Notes under the pieces: generated by a model | Database searches by the model: none | Seen by the model: only the letters and a program-made list of their open reading frames with translations | What the model was told of the DNA's origin: nothing | Position numbers and translations under genes: made by a program | In this document: in pieces, positions 40,301 to 51,968 of the stretch | Layout of the letters: each line of letters begins with the position of its first letter | Numbering within the stretch: the stretch's first letter is position 1 | Source of the DNA: Perkinsus chesapeaki ATCC PRA-425 | Lineage: Eukaryota; Protista; Perkinsozoa | Length of the DNA stretch: 64,000 nt | Assembly (NCBI GenBank): GCA_013115145.1 | Contig: JAAPAO010000109.1 | Location: 1 to 64,000, forward strand | Reading direction: 5' to 3'

Positions 40301-43300
40301 CAGATAAGGTTGATAGTGTACTCCCTAATCTAACCAGGTTACGGACTGATAGGGCACTACCACAATGACCAAAATCAAGCAAAGAGAGGGAGTCACCAAA
40401 TCTAACAGTGCTTAGAGAAGACAGTGTACTGCCAAGGCGGGCAAAAGATCGCAATGACATTGTGCTACCGAGATGGCACTCGCAAAGAGCAGTGAGGGCA
40501 TGCCCTACTGCGGTCTTAGAGAAAGCTGATAAGGTGCTGCCAACCCTTGTGAAGGCTCTCAATGATAGGCTGCTACCTAGAGTAACAAAATCCAACACTG
40601 AGAGAGTACTGCCAACCTTTGCAAGAGAGAGCATAGATAGACTGCTGCCCAGCCGGGAGCTGCCACGGATAGACAGGCTACTAGCTAGCGTCGAATAATC
40701 TACCAAGGACATGGAAGAACCAAAACGAAGAGCGCTGTAGACTGACATTTTACTACCAAACCGAGCAAAGCCTCGGAGAGATAGAGAACTCCCTAAAGCC
40801 ATCGAATCCAGAACCGATACGGTGGACCCGAGCCGAGTTACGGAGAATAGACTAGTCGATGAACCAAATCGAGCTGCAGCTCTGAGGGAGAGAGCAGACC
40901 CCATAGTGACGCTATCCAACGATGACATAGTGCTGCCGAATCTAGCCATACCAAGTAATGATAATTCACTTCCTAACCTTATCATAGACCTTAATGACAT
41001 AGTGCTGGCTAAAGATACATGATCAAGTGTAGATATCGTAAGCCCTAGCCTAGTCCAGCCTTGCACTGAGAGTGTTGATCCAAGCCTCATTATGGACCTC
41101 AATGAGGCAGAACTGCCGAGGTTGAGGAAATCAAGCACTGAGAGTGTAGACCCTAGACGAGACATTGAGAATACCGACAAGTCACTGCCGAGTCTGCAGC
41201 TGTTGCGCACCGATAAAGTGCTTCCTAACATAAGGAAGTCCAGTATAGATGCTGCACTGCCGAGGGAGGAGAAGGAGCGAATTGATAGTGAACTTCCCAT
41301 ACTCGCATAATCAAGAACGGACATGCCACTTCCCAATCTAGTAGTCGAAAGTACAGAGAAGTAGTCGCCTAGATGGACTCTGTTAAAAACTGACGTGGTG
41401 CTGCCAAGACGAGCGAAGGCTCGGAGGGATAATGAGCTGCCAAAGTTGCTCAAACCGAGGACGGTTACTGAATCACCAAATCTAGCCCATCCCAGAGCAG
41501 AGAGGTTACTGCCTAGTCTAGACATGGCTCGAATAGATAGACTGCTGCCTAACTTAACCAGGTCTAACACTGACAGACTGCTGCTTAAACGCTGGCGTGC
41601 TACTATAGATAGATCACTGCCAAGCCGTACTAGGTTCCTAACAGATAGGGAACTGCCAAGTGTTAGCCAGTCCAGCACTGATAAGGAGCATCCAGCTCTA
41701 GATATACTGAAGATGGAGCATGTACTCCCCAGCCTAGTATATGAACGTACACTCATACAGGAGCCGAACTCCAATACACCAGCACATGATACCTTAACAC
41801 CAAAGTTAGCTTGACCATAGCAGGATAAAGAGCTACCGAATCTCATAAACGTTTGAAGAGAAAGAGAGCTACCCAATGTAAGGCTATCAAGTACCGATAA
41901 TGAGCTACCTAGTCTTGCAATACTGAACAATGATATTGAACTACCAAGGCGAGCAGCACCACGCAGAGACAGTGAACTGCCAAGGTTAAGATAGTCGAGT
42001 ACTGACGCTTTGCTTCCTAGGCGAGCTAGACTACGAAGTGATAGTGAACTTGATAGAGCAACTTGGTCTATAACTGATGCAGTACTGCCCATTCTAAGCC
42101 ATCCTAACACTGAAAGATTATCACCAACATGTACAGTAGAGAAGGTGGACAATGTACTGCCTAGCCTACTGAAACCACGCAGTGATAAAGTCGATGATAC
42201 TGTCATATGACCAAGGACAGATACTTGAGCTGAGAGCCTACTGCTGCCAAACACAGAGAGGCGGCTACCAAGCCTGAAGACAGATCTAACAGATAGACTA
42301 CTGCCGAGTTGAAGGCAATCTAGTATCGACATTTGCTCTTGGAATTTAGTCCTTCCATACACTGATATTTCAGAGCCTATTCTACCAACAGCTCGTAATG
42401 ATAGACCACTACCAAGCGTGACAGCATCGAACATGCTTAGAGTGCTCCCTAGTCTAGCTAAGCCATGTAAAGACACAGCACTGCCTTGACGATAGAAGCT
42501 CCTTAGAGATAAGGAGCTGCCAAGGGTAGAATGATCTAAGATAGATACAGTGCTACCCACTGCTATATTAGCAAAGGCAGATAGAGTACTACCCAACCTA
42601 ACATATGATCGAACACTCACTGCTGAACCAAGGCCTGTAAAGTCCAGCACAGATACAAGAGAACCCATACGAGCATAGCTATAGACAGAGAAGATACTGC
42701 CAAGTCTCATCATACTACGTAATGATAGGGTACTGCCAAATTGGGCATAATCTAATAGTGATGTACTAGACCCTAGCCTACTGCAGCTGTATAGTGACAT
42801 AGTACTACCAATACGACCGTAGGACCGAAGAGAGAATGAACTACCCAGACCAACATAGTCTAATACAGAGAGAGAACTGCCAAGCCTTGCAAGGCTGAAT
42901 ACAGATATCTTGCTCCCTAACTTGATGAAGCTACCGATAGAGCAAGAGCTACCAAATGTTGCGTAGTCAAGCACAGAAAGGCTACTTCCAAAGCGAACAA
43001 GGCCAAAGACGGACGCAGTACTGCCAAGTCTGGCGAACGATCGGATACTCAACGAGGAGCCCATTGCCATAAAATCAAGGACCGATGCAGCAGCACCCAT
43101 TCTGCAGCCGGTATAGAGAGAACAGGCGCTTCCCATACGGGTGATGGACCGTAGGGAGATAGCAGATGATATCTCTACTGCTCCGATAACACTCAAAGAT
43201 TCTCCTAGCTTAGCCCAGCCATACACTGATATGGTACTGCCGAGCCTTGAGAAGGAATTTACTGAGATAGAGCTACCCAGTCTAAGCCTATCAAGTACAG

Positions 43301-46300
43301 ATAGAGTCGCTGCGAATCTGGCAGTACTGAATACCGATATACCGCTACCAGCCCTAATGGCACCACGAAGGCTTAAACTACTGCCATAATTAGCAAAGTC
43401 AAGTACTGTTAGTTTGCTACCCATCCTAGCAAAGCTTCTTAAGGACAAGCTGCTTGCTAGGGTGCTGGCATCTAAGACACTTAGGGCCTCACCTAGGCGA
43501 GCAACGCTTAGAGCTGACACAGAGCTACCCAGCCGAGTGACTCCACGGAGTGATAGAGTGCTACCAAGGTGAAGGTAATCCAGTACCGACGCTGACATAC
43601 CCAAGCGGCTGAGCCCAAACAGAGACATAGCAGAGCCTAAACGAGCAGTCTTTCGGACAGATAACGAGCTGCCTAGTTGCAGGTAGTCCAATACAGATAG
43701 AGACAAGCCAAGCCTTGCTTCTGACAAAATTGATAGCGAGCTGCCTAGTCTACCAAACTGCCTCAAGGATAAGGAGCTACCACAGAGGGAACACTCCATA
43801 GCCGAGATCGCTGCACCCAACCTAGTGGTGGAGAAGATAGATGTTCCACTGCCAACACGAAGGTAGGACCGTAACGATATACTACTGCCTAGATTAGCAA
43901 AGGCCAGCACTGAAACAGTACTGCCCATACGAGCTAAGCTGAAGAGGGATAGTGTACTCCCAAGACGGCAGAAACCTCTTAGAGATAGAGTGCTACCTAC
44001 TCCAGTGTAGTCAAGGATAGATGTACTGCTAGCAAGGCGTGATAAACCAAAGACAGATAAGGCACTACCCAGCCTAACAGCAGCACGAAGAGACAGCGCC
44101 GAACCGACATTGATATATCCCAATGTGGATAGGCTACTCCCCAATCTAGCTACCGCTAATGCTGTAATAGTGCTACCCAGTCTAACAAAGCTTTTAGTAG
44201 AGAACGTACTACCCATATTAATAAAGTCTAGTGTTGATACAGTACTGCCTAATCTTTGCATAGAATAAACCGACATGGTTGATCCTAGCCTTATGTAAGA
44301 TCGTATGGAATAGGCACTTCCCATATTAACAAAGTCCAGGATTGACAGCGAGCTGCCTAACCTAGCAATGCTATACAGTGAAGCAGTCGAGCCTAGGCGG
44401 ATGAAAGACCTTATTGATAGGGAGCTACCAACTGACTCATAATCAAATATTGATATACTGCTACCAAGCCGACTCAAGCCATAGATAGATATAGCACTAC
44501 CAAAACGAGAGAAGGAGCGAAGAGACATCGCGCTCCCTAGCTCAGTCATATCCAATATGCTTAGATTACTGCCTAGTCTACTCATGGAGAATACACTGCA
44601 TTGGCTACCCATACGGAAATACGATCTTAGAGAGCAGGCACTGCCAAGATTGGCAAAGTCGGCTATCGATGCGGTGCTACCATATCTAGCCAAACCAAAC
44701 ACTGATAGATAGCTACCCATTCTTGCAGTAGATCGAATAGACATTGAACTACCCAGTGTGGCCACATCAATAGCAGACATTGCTGAACCGAATCTAGAGA
44801 TACTAAATATCGATACAGCACTACCCATACGGAATAAGGCACGTAAGGATAGACTACTGCCAAGGGCTACAGCATTCAATACCGACATCTCATGGCCTAA
44901 ACGAGCAACACCGTAAAGGCTACAGGTGCTACCCATTCTATTAAAGCTTCTCAAAGAGCATGCGCTACCAAGTGTAGTGGCATCTAGTATACTCAAAGTG
45001 TTACCATACCGGCTAGAGCCGAATATAGAAAGGCCACTTCCCATACGAAGTAGGGCTCTTATTGATGTAGAGCTTCCGAGGTGAAGGAAGTCCAATACAG
45101 ATAGGCCTTTGCCAAGCCTTGACGTATCATAAACTGATAAGTAGCTGCCCAGCCTCACTAGACCACGTAGAGAGAGACTACTGCCAAGATGAGCGTTATC
45201 AAGTACAGATAACTCATGGCCTAGACGTGCTTGACATAGTACAGATACCGAGCTACCTAGCCTACTAAACCCTCTTAAGGATGTAGAGCTTCCTAAGAGG
45301 ACATAGTTTAGAACCGATACGGAGCTACCGATTCGTGCACATCCAAGGACAGATAGAGCACTTCCCAATCTCTGGAACTTAGCGAGTGATACAGCAGAGC
45401 CTATATTAACGTAATCCAGCACGGACACCGTAGAAGCTATCCGTGTTAAACCAAAGATAGACATTGCCGATCCTATCCTTCCAAAGCAACGGGTTGATAT
45501 TGAACTACCTAAAGAGGTATAGTCAAGTATGGTAACACCAGCAGTGGCAGCACGTAGAGAGCTAAGACCAAATATCGATACACTACTGCCCATTCTGGTG
45601 AAGCTACGAAGGGATAGAGCACTGCCTAGATGTATTCTAGATAGGATAGACACAGAGTTGCCAAAGCGTGCAATACCATGGATAGAGGCTGCACTACCTA
45701 GTCTAGAAAGGGAACGTAACGAACATGAACTAGCCATACCAGTAAAGCCTAATACTGATAGACTACTACCGCCTCTAGCAATACCCCAAATAGATAAGGC
45801 TGATGATAGACGGGCAAAGCTACGCAGTGATACCGAGCTACCAAGGTCTGCCCAGTCTAAGATTGATAGCGAGCTTCCAAAACGGGAAGCAGCAAAGATA
45901 GACACTTGGCTGCCAAACCGGCTGAATGCTCTGACTGATAGTGAACTGCCTAGTTTAGCATATCCCAAGGCTGACAGGCTAGTACCAGCTCTCATAGAGC
46001 CGTACACAGATGCAGTACTCCCCAAACGGAAGCTCGACCTTAGAGATAGAGAGCTCCCTAAAGTAACATAGTCAAGCACTGATATAGCACTGCCAAATCT
46101 GGTCATACTAAACAATGATGCACCACTACCAAGTCGAGCAAGTCCTCTCATAGAGCAGCTGCTACCCATTGTAAGGAAGTCTAATACAGTAAGTGATCCA
46201 CCAAGTCTTTGGATAGTATAGGTAGACAATGAGCTGCCTAGTCTAACATGCTGCCTGACTGATAGGCTACTACCAAGGGCTAGGTAGTCTAATAGTGAGA

Positions 46301-49300
46301 AGCTACTAGAGAATCTAGCACCTCCAAGCACTGATAGACCACTCCCTAAACGCTGCATAGATCTTACTGATAGGGAGCTACCGAGATGGACAAAACCCAC
46401 ACTTGATAGAGAACTACCAAGCCGTGCTAAGCCAAGGATGGAAGTGGAGCTACCAACACGTGAAAAACAACGCATTGAGAGAGCACTTCCTAAGTGAGAG
46501 AAATCTAATATTGACATCGAACTACCAAAACGGGCACAATCAAAGATAGATAGAGTACTGCCTATCCTCAATAAGTTCCTTAGTGATAGTGAGCTCCCCA
46601 GAGTACACCAGTCGAGGGCAGATAGAGAACTACCAAAGCGACCAAGACCATATGCAGACATCGCACTACCAAGTCGACCAAATGTACGTAACGATAAGGA
46701 GCTACCAAGAGCTATGCATCCCAATGCTGATAGGGAACTACCCATCCTTTGGGTGCCAAATACAGATAATGCCGATCCAAGACGAGAGAAGGCGTACAGT
46801 GATAGTGAGCTACCCAAGTTAACAAAGTCTAGGACACTGAGTGCACTACCAACTCTAGTTATACCAAGAGCAGATAGTGCACTACCTAAACGAGAGAAGC
46901 TTCTTAAGGATAACGATGATGCTAGATCACCAGCGTCAAGTACTGACATACTACCCCCTATACGAGCCTTAAAGTAAGCACTTATACCACTACCAAGTCG
47001 TTGAATACTACGTAGTGACATAGAGCTACCAAGTTGAAGGAAATCAAGTAATGACATACTACTGCCTAATCTTGCACCACCAACTGCAGATAGAGTGCTA
47101 CCCATTCGATAACTGCTACGAAGAGATAGTGAACTACCAATCATAGCAAAGTCCATAACACTCATAGCAAGTCCCATACGAGCACTACCAAAGAGGCTCA
47201 AACCAGATCCTAATCTAATGTAGTTCCTTAGGGAGAGACTGCTACCAATAGTTAAATGATCCATCATAGATATAGTTCTACCAAACCTTGCCGAACCAAA
47301 GATACTACATGAGCTACCAAGACGAGCAAAGGTACGTAAAGTAAGGGAGCTGGCTAGCTGTACATAGTCAAGTACCGATAAGGCACTACCAAATCTAGAT
47401 AAACCAAAGACAGATAGAGATGAACCACAACGAGTAAAGGAGTTAACCGATACACTACTTCCTAAACGTGTTTTATCTAGAATGGTTAAAGAGCTACCAA
47501 GCCTTACTATACCATATACTGACATGGTACTACCGAGTCTAGCAAATGATCTAATAGATAGACCACTACCATGATTAGTACAGTCTAATATACTCAATGA
47601 TGAACCTAAACGTGCCCCACTATATACAGATAGCATACTCCCTAAACGACATTGAGATCTTAAGGATAGACCACTACCTAGTATACCCATATCAAGTAGG
47701 GACATAGTACTACCAAATCTAGCTTGGCTAATGACTGATAGACTACTCCCTAATCTTGATGTACTCCTTACAGACAATACACTACCCATTAGTACAAAGT
47801 CCATAACAGATAGAGAACTGCCTAGACGAGTAGCTGAGTAAAGTGATAGAGTACTACCCATACGGCAGGTAGACCTAAGTGATAAGGCTGAACCAAGGCT
47901 ACAATGGTCAAGTGTAGAGGTAGAACTACCAAATAATACCTTAGAGAATACTGATAGAGAACTACCCAAACGTGAATATGAGCGTATTGATAATGAGCTA
48001 CCAAATGCAATATAGTTTAGTAATGATAGACTACTGCCTAATCTCACTATACCATACACTGATAGACCTGATCCTAACCTTACAAAGTTCCTTATACTAG
48101 CAGCTGATCCTATATGTGTATAATCTAATGCAGATATACAACTAGCCATTCTAGTCATACCATATATTGATACAGCACTACCTAATCTACTATAGGATCT
48201 CATACTCATACTACTACCCATATTAACAAAGTCTAGTATAGTTAATGAACTGCCTAATCTAGCCACACCATAGATACTAGCAGATGAACCGAATCTAGTA
48301 AAACTCCTTACAGACATAGCACTGCCCATGTTAACAAAGTCTAGCACTGAACCAGTGCTACCACATCGTATAAGCCCAAATGTGGACACAGTGCTTCCCA
48401 CACGAAGATATGCCCTTAAAGATATTGAACTAGCCATTTGAGCAAAATCAAACACAGACAATGAGCTGCCAAATCGAGCTGCTCCGTATCTAAAATAACG
48501 TCTTAAGATGCCTAATATTATTAGTAAACTTACACTGAGATTGATGATCCCATACGTGCATAGGATCGTAGAGATACTGTTGATCCTAAACCCATCATAT
48601 CAAATATTGATAAAGTTGATCCAACTTCAACCTTATTAAACACAGATACCGTGCCTACGAGTACAGTTCAATACAAGGTATATGGCAAGCCTTACCCATG
48701 ATAGTAACAGGAAATGATGCCACACTAAGTGGTCCACCAAGTCTAGTTACATCATTAACTGATACACCACCGTTTCTATTAGGTTCACTAGGATATCCAA
48801 ACACCTATAAGTAAACACTATTGAAAAGATGCTGCTGCTGGTGGTGAGTAGCTATTATATACTTACATTCAACCTATTGGCTATACCAACCAGACTGCCA
48901 AAATTGGCAAAGGAGCGTACACTTAATGATGAGGCTGCCACAATCTAAGTTAACTTTGTATGGTATTTGCATTCATATAATGTTACATAATCCTCCACTG
49001 ACATCCTCTTCTTTATATCAACAGTCTTCTCAAAGGTAGCCTTCCCTAATAACTGTGTTGCACCATTAACCGAAAGTGATGGTCCAACTTCCTCAGGGGG
49101 TACCTATATTAATATTATTAACCTAATATTATATCCACTTACATAGTCCCCATGTATATAGACAAACCTTCCTATAGATAATGTTGATAAATACACCTAT
49201 TAAAGAGGAGTATTATTTATGAAATTATATAATACTTTACTTCAGCTGATTTAATCTCCATAAAAGTAGTAGTGGTATCCAATCCACTATCTGGTCTTTT

Positions 49301-49818
49301 AATATGTAAGGCATCCTTAATCTCAAACTCTCCAGCCATTATATCAAGACCTTGGTATGCTGTAGCCTTCTCATCAAAATGTCTATCAAAAGTATGATCA
49401 CCACTGTATATTATATCACTTACGATTGTCCTCTAACTGATAGACTTCCAGCCAATACCATACCTCTTGTTGTCCTTAATAAAGACATTACCGGTGTTGG
49501 ATTGTTAGTAGCGGTAAATCCTAGCTCTCCTTGTTCGTATCTTATAATAGTTATATCTTATAATAATGTTAATAACTACTTACTCAAAGGATGTGGTATC
49601 ATCAGCTACAATATTCCATAAACCCACTCCTTTATGACGGAATGTTATACCAGACCCAGATACCGAAGCATCTAGTAGTAATAATATACCCAACAGTTTA
49701 ATAATCATTATTTACCTATCTCTATGCGACCTAGGAACGTTATGGTTCCATCACGTCCGACCAGAACCCATGCGTTAGTAGATGGTAGTAGTTGCAGCAG
49801 CAATATTATATAGTACAT
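6883..49818 (-). CDS. Giant (~14,144 aa) secreted beta-repeat fibre protein with C-terminal Peptidase_S74 autocleaving chaperone
   Basis: Exons on the minus strand: 49818-49716, 49671-49584, 49540-49424, 49382-49241, 49196-49143, 49103-48987, 48944-48867, 48804-48696, 48654-48534, 48489-7478, 7428-7214, 7161-6883. All 11 introns are GT-AG and 39-62 nt. Phases are consistent throughout; the total is 42,435 nt = 14,145 codons including stop. The start is uncertain (in-frame ATGs at 49866, 49833, 49818). Confidence 0.9.
7545..48640 (-). repeat. Coding tandem array of ~1,100 degenerate 12-aa (2 x 6-aa) repeats
   Basis: Units A (GSSLSLRSFARL), B (GSSLSVFGLARL) and C (GSSLSVLDFVTL) occur as AC, ABC and ABBC blocks. 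The protein period is conserved while the DNA is synonymously diverged (Ser encoded by both TCN and AGY). Confidence 0.95.
48534..49818 (-). other. Nine small 5' exons of the giant gene: signal peptide and beta-rich head
   Basis: Translation: MYYIILLLQLLPSTNA-WVLVGRDGTITFLGRIEIDASVSGSGITFRHKGVGLWNIVADDTTSFEYEQGELGF...LAGSLSVRGQSHFDEKA...PSLSVNGATQLLGKATFEKTVDIKKRMSVEDYIVAASSLSVRSFANFGS... It grades into the regular repeat. Confidence 0.8.
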
Positions 49819-50217
49819 TATATGTACTAACATGCATTTACTTGATTGCCGCAGCTCCGTTATCATAGGTCATTCATGAATTAAGTATAACTATAATCAG
49901 ACATCCATCAGTAACAACCAAGTCAACTACTAATAAGGATCGCATAACAGTGATCCATTACCATACAGTACAAATTACTACTCATCCCAATACTCTCATA
50001 AACGGCATACACAATGTTGATTGACAAACACAACCGTAATTACAGCCAACAAACCTTCTATCATTCGGAAATTTCCATGGACTCGATCTCTGCGGATCTT
50101 GCCATTGTTCGTGCAACCCTTGCAGTTAGGTAAAAAGCGCACGCCATTCTGATCGATAATCTTGCGCGGTTCCCGCAATCAGCGCGGGATAGGTGGTCTG
50201 GGAGCAAATCGTTGATA

Positions 50218-51760
50218 ATGGCATCTGATTGGGTTATAACATCCGAGTTACGTACTACACTTCATTCAAGGGGGAAAACTAAACCAACACCAAGAATACT
50301 TAATAATAATGTAATGCATATGTAGCTGTAATGAGTAGTTATATGTTGTTGTTAGACCTTAAGGAGATGCTATAATATAACACATGATATGATAGAAGCA
50401 CAGAGGAAGGATAGGGAAGGTATATAATAGTATAGTAAGGGGATAGTGAATTAGTAGGTTATGTACAATACCTTAGACGAGTATTCTCAAAGGAACAACC
50501 TTATAAGGTTACATTAAAGCCTAGTCAAGTCGAGAATAATAGCCCATTACGATATACCAAACCAAATCAAACTATTCATGCAAAAGATAGTGGTGCCTCC
50601 TTATCGAGGAAAAATGTAAATAGAGAACAAACTACTACAACGGCCAAGCAACGCAGAAGAGAATGGGGGCAGATCCAAAGTAGGCAGCTGGTGGCTGAAC
50701 TGCTTAATGGGGGAGGTTGTTAGGGAATGTAGTGGAACAATGTAATGATAAGGACTCGGATGGTAGTAGTATAAGGACCGAGATAAGTACAGAAGTATCA
50801 GATAAAGGGAAGGAAGAGTCTATAGCGGATAATACCTTTGGGAAGGTGTGCTGGTTATTATTGGGGCACCTATAATAAATATTAGTATATTAGATACGTA
50901 TACTACGGCATCGGCATGGGGCAATGGTGAATAAACCACTACTGCATGCGTTCCCTTTAACCCGTGATAATCGGCTACATAGTAATCCGATATCCAAGGA
51001 TATAAAGATACATGAGGGACATGCTAATCATCATCACCATCATCCATCTATACAATCCGGCACCAGTGTATTAAATAAGGTTGAAGCTGCTACTAAAGCG
51101 AGGGATCATCATACAGCGAATTCCTATTGTGAGGAACCGGATTCAGAACCACAACGTGTTGAAGTTTCAAGGATTAAAGCACCAATAGTAACAAATACGC
51201 ACTCTAGAAGGCATAAAGTAAAGGAGAAAGTGGAAGCACTAGATGCATCACATGTTAAGGAGAGGATAGAAATGCTACTACCAGCTACTTCACCTATTTG
51301 TCGACGGTTATTGGGTGATAAGTGGCATACTCTTAGAGAGGAGGAATCTAAGCTACAGCAATCATTAGTCCGGATAGACGATGGCCAACTTAAAAGGATA
51401 ATGCCACGTCGTCAGGAGGAACCAACTTACAAAGATGAACTGCTGTACTGCTGATGCCATCAAGCTACTCAGACAGACTTTACCCGGTTTATTAGGTCAT
51501 TGAGTAATACTGCATTAGAGGATAAGATACGTCTATCATTAGCTAGACTGGAAATGGCATATACTCACCTACAACACCAGCAACATGCTACTGCTGCTAC
51601 CCATCATCATATTAAGGATCGTTTAAATACCTGCTCCTGTACTACCTCTACCAAGGTTACCAGACATACACGAACACTACCAAGGGCTCGATATAAAATA
51701 CCAAGCATCCATCCAGCATTGATAGCAGCAGGGGGAGGAGGAGAGAAGCATGGTATGTAA
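50218..51760 (+). CDS. Hypothetical multi-exon protein, divergent from the giant gene
   Basis: Spliceable open exons: MASDWVITSELRTTLHSRGK..|TLRRCYNITHDMIEAQRKDRE|VGYVQYLRRVFSKEQPYKVTLKPSQ..., plus ORFs 50924-51454 and 51500-51760. No family recognised; internal junctions uncertain. Confidence 0.5.
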
Positions 51761-51968
51761 TATTATAGGGTTTTGATAGTATTAATTATATAGGAAGGTT
51801 ATCTAGCTATACCATCCATCATGGACGACAAAGGGTGGTGTATAAAAGATGATAACATGATAATAACATTACTGTTATATTTCCTGATCTACGTGTCTTC
51901 CCGTTTATCACTATTCATGCTGCTGTTGTTGTTGTCCTCTTAAGTTATAGAGTACCTATTTATATAGT

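Noticed and set aside
7600-48000. More than 100 plus-strand and alternate-frame ORFs rich in RELP / RLLP / TDR motifs
   Set aside because: They are antisense shadows of the repeat codons (for example GGN-AGY-AGY-CTN read backwards). They are interrupted at random, lack consistent starts and show no independent family motifs.
7413-48461. The 13,682-aa ORF taken as the complete protein
   Set aside because: It starts at a TTG inside exon 10 and ends by reading through intron 7477-7429. The spliced model adds the signal peptide, head and S74 domain.
7545-48489. Serine-rich adhesin (GspB/SRRP-like) or mucin call
   Set aside because: SRRPs have alternating Ser-X dipeptides and an LPxTG anchor, and mucins are Pro/Thr-rich without a hydrophobic period. 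This array has strict hydrophobic periodicity, almost no Pro and an S74 terminus.
7545-48489. Assembly artefact, satellite DNA or CRISPR-like array
   Set aside because: There are no identical DNA repeats or spacers. Variation is largely synonymous, the frame stays open for 41 kb, and the phases match the flanking exons.
49404-49423. Apparent 20-nt ultra-short intron in the fibre gene
   Set aside because: An in-frame AG 21 nt downstream gives a 41-nt intron (49423-49383), matching the 39-44 nt size of neighbouring introns. RT-PCR would settle it.
49996-50178. 60-aa ORF ending in a hydrophobic stretch (MIEGLLAVITVVFVNQHC) as an alternative first exon of the fibre gene
   Set aside because: A phase-compatible join would need a ~280-nt intron, atypical here, and exon 1 already supplies a signal peptide with a nearby acceptor. 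Not excluded without 5' RACE.
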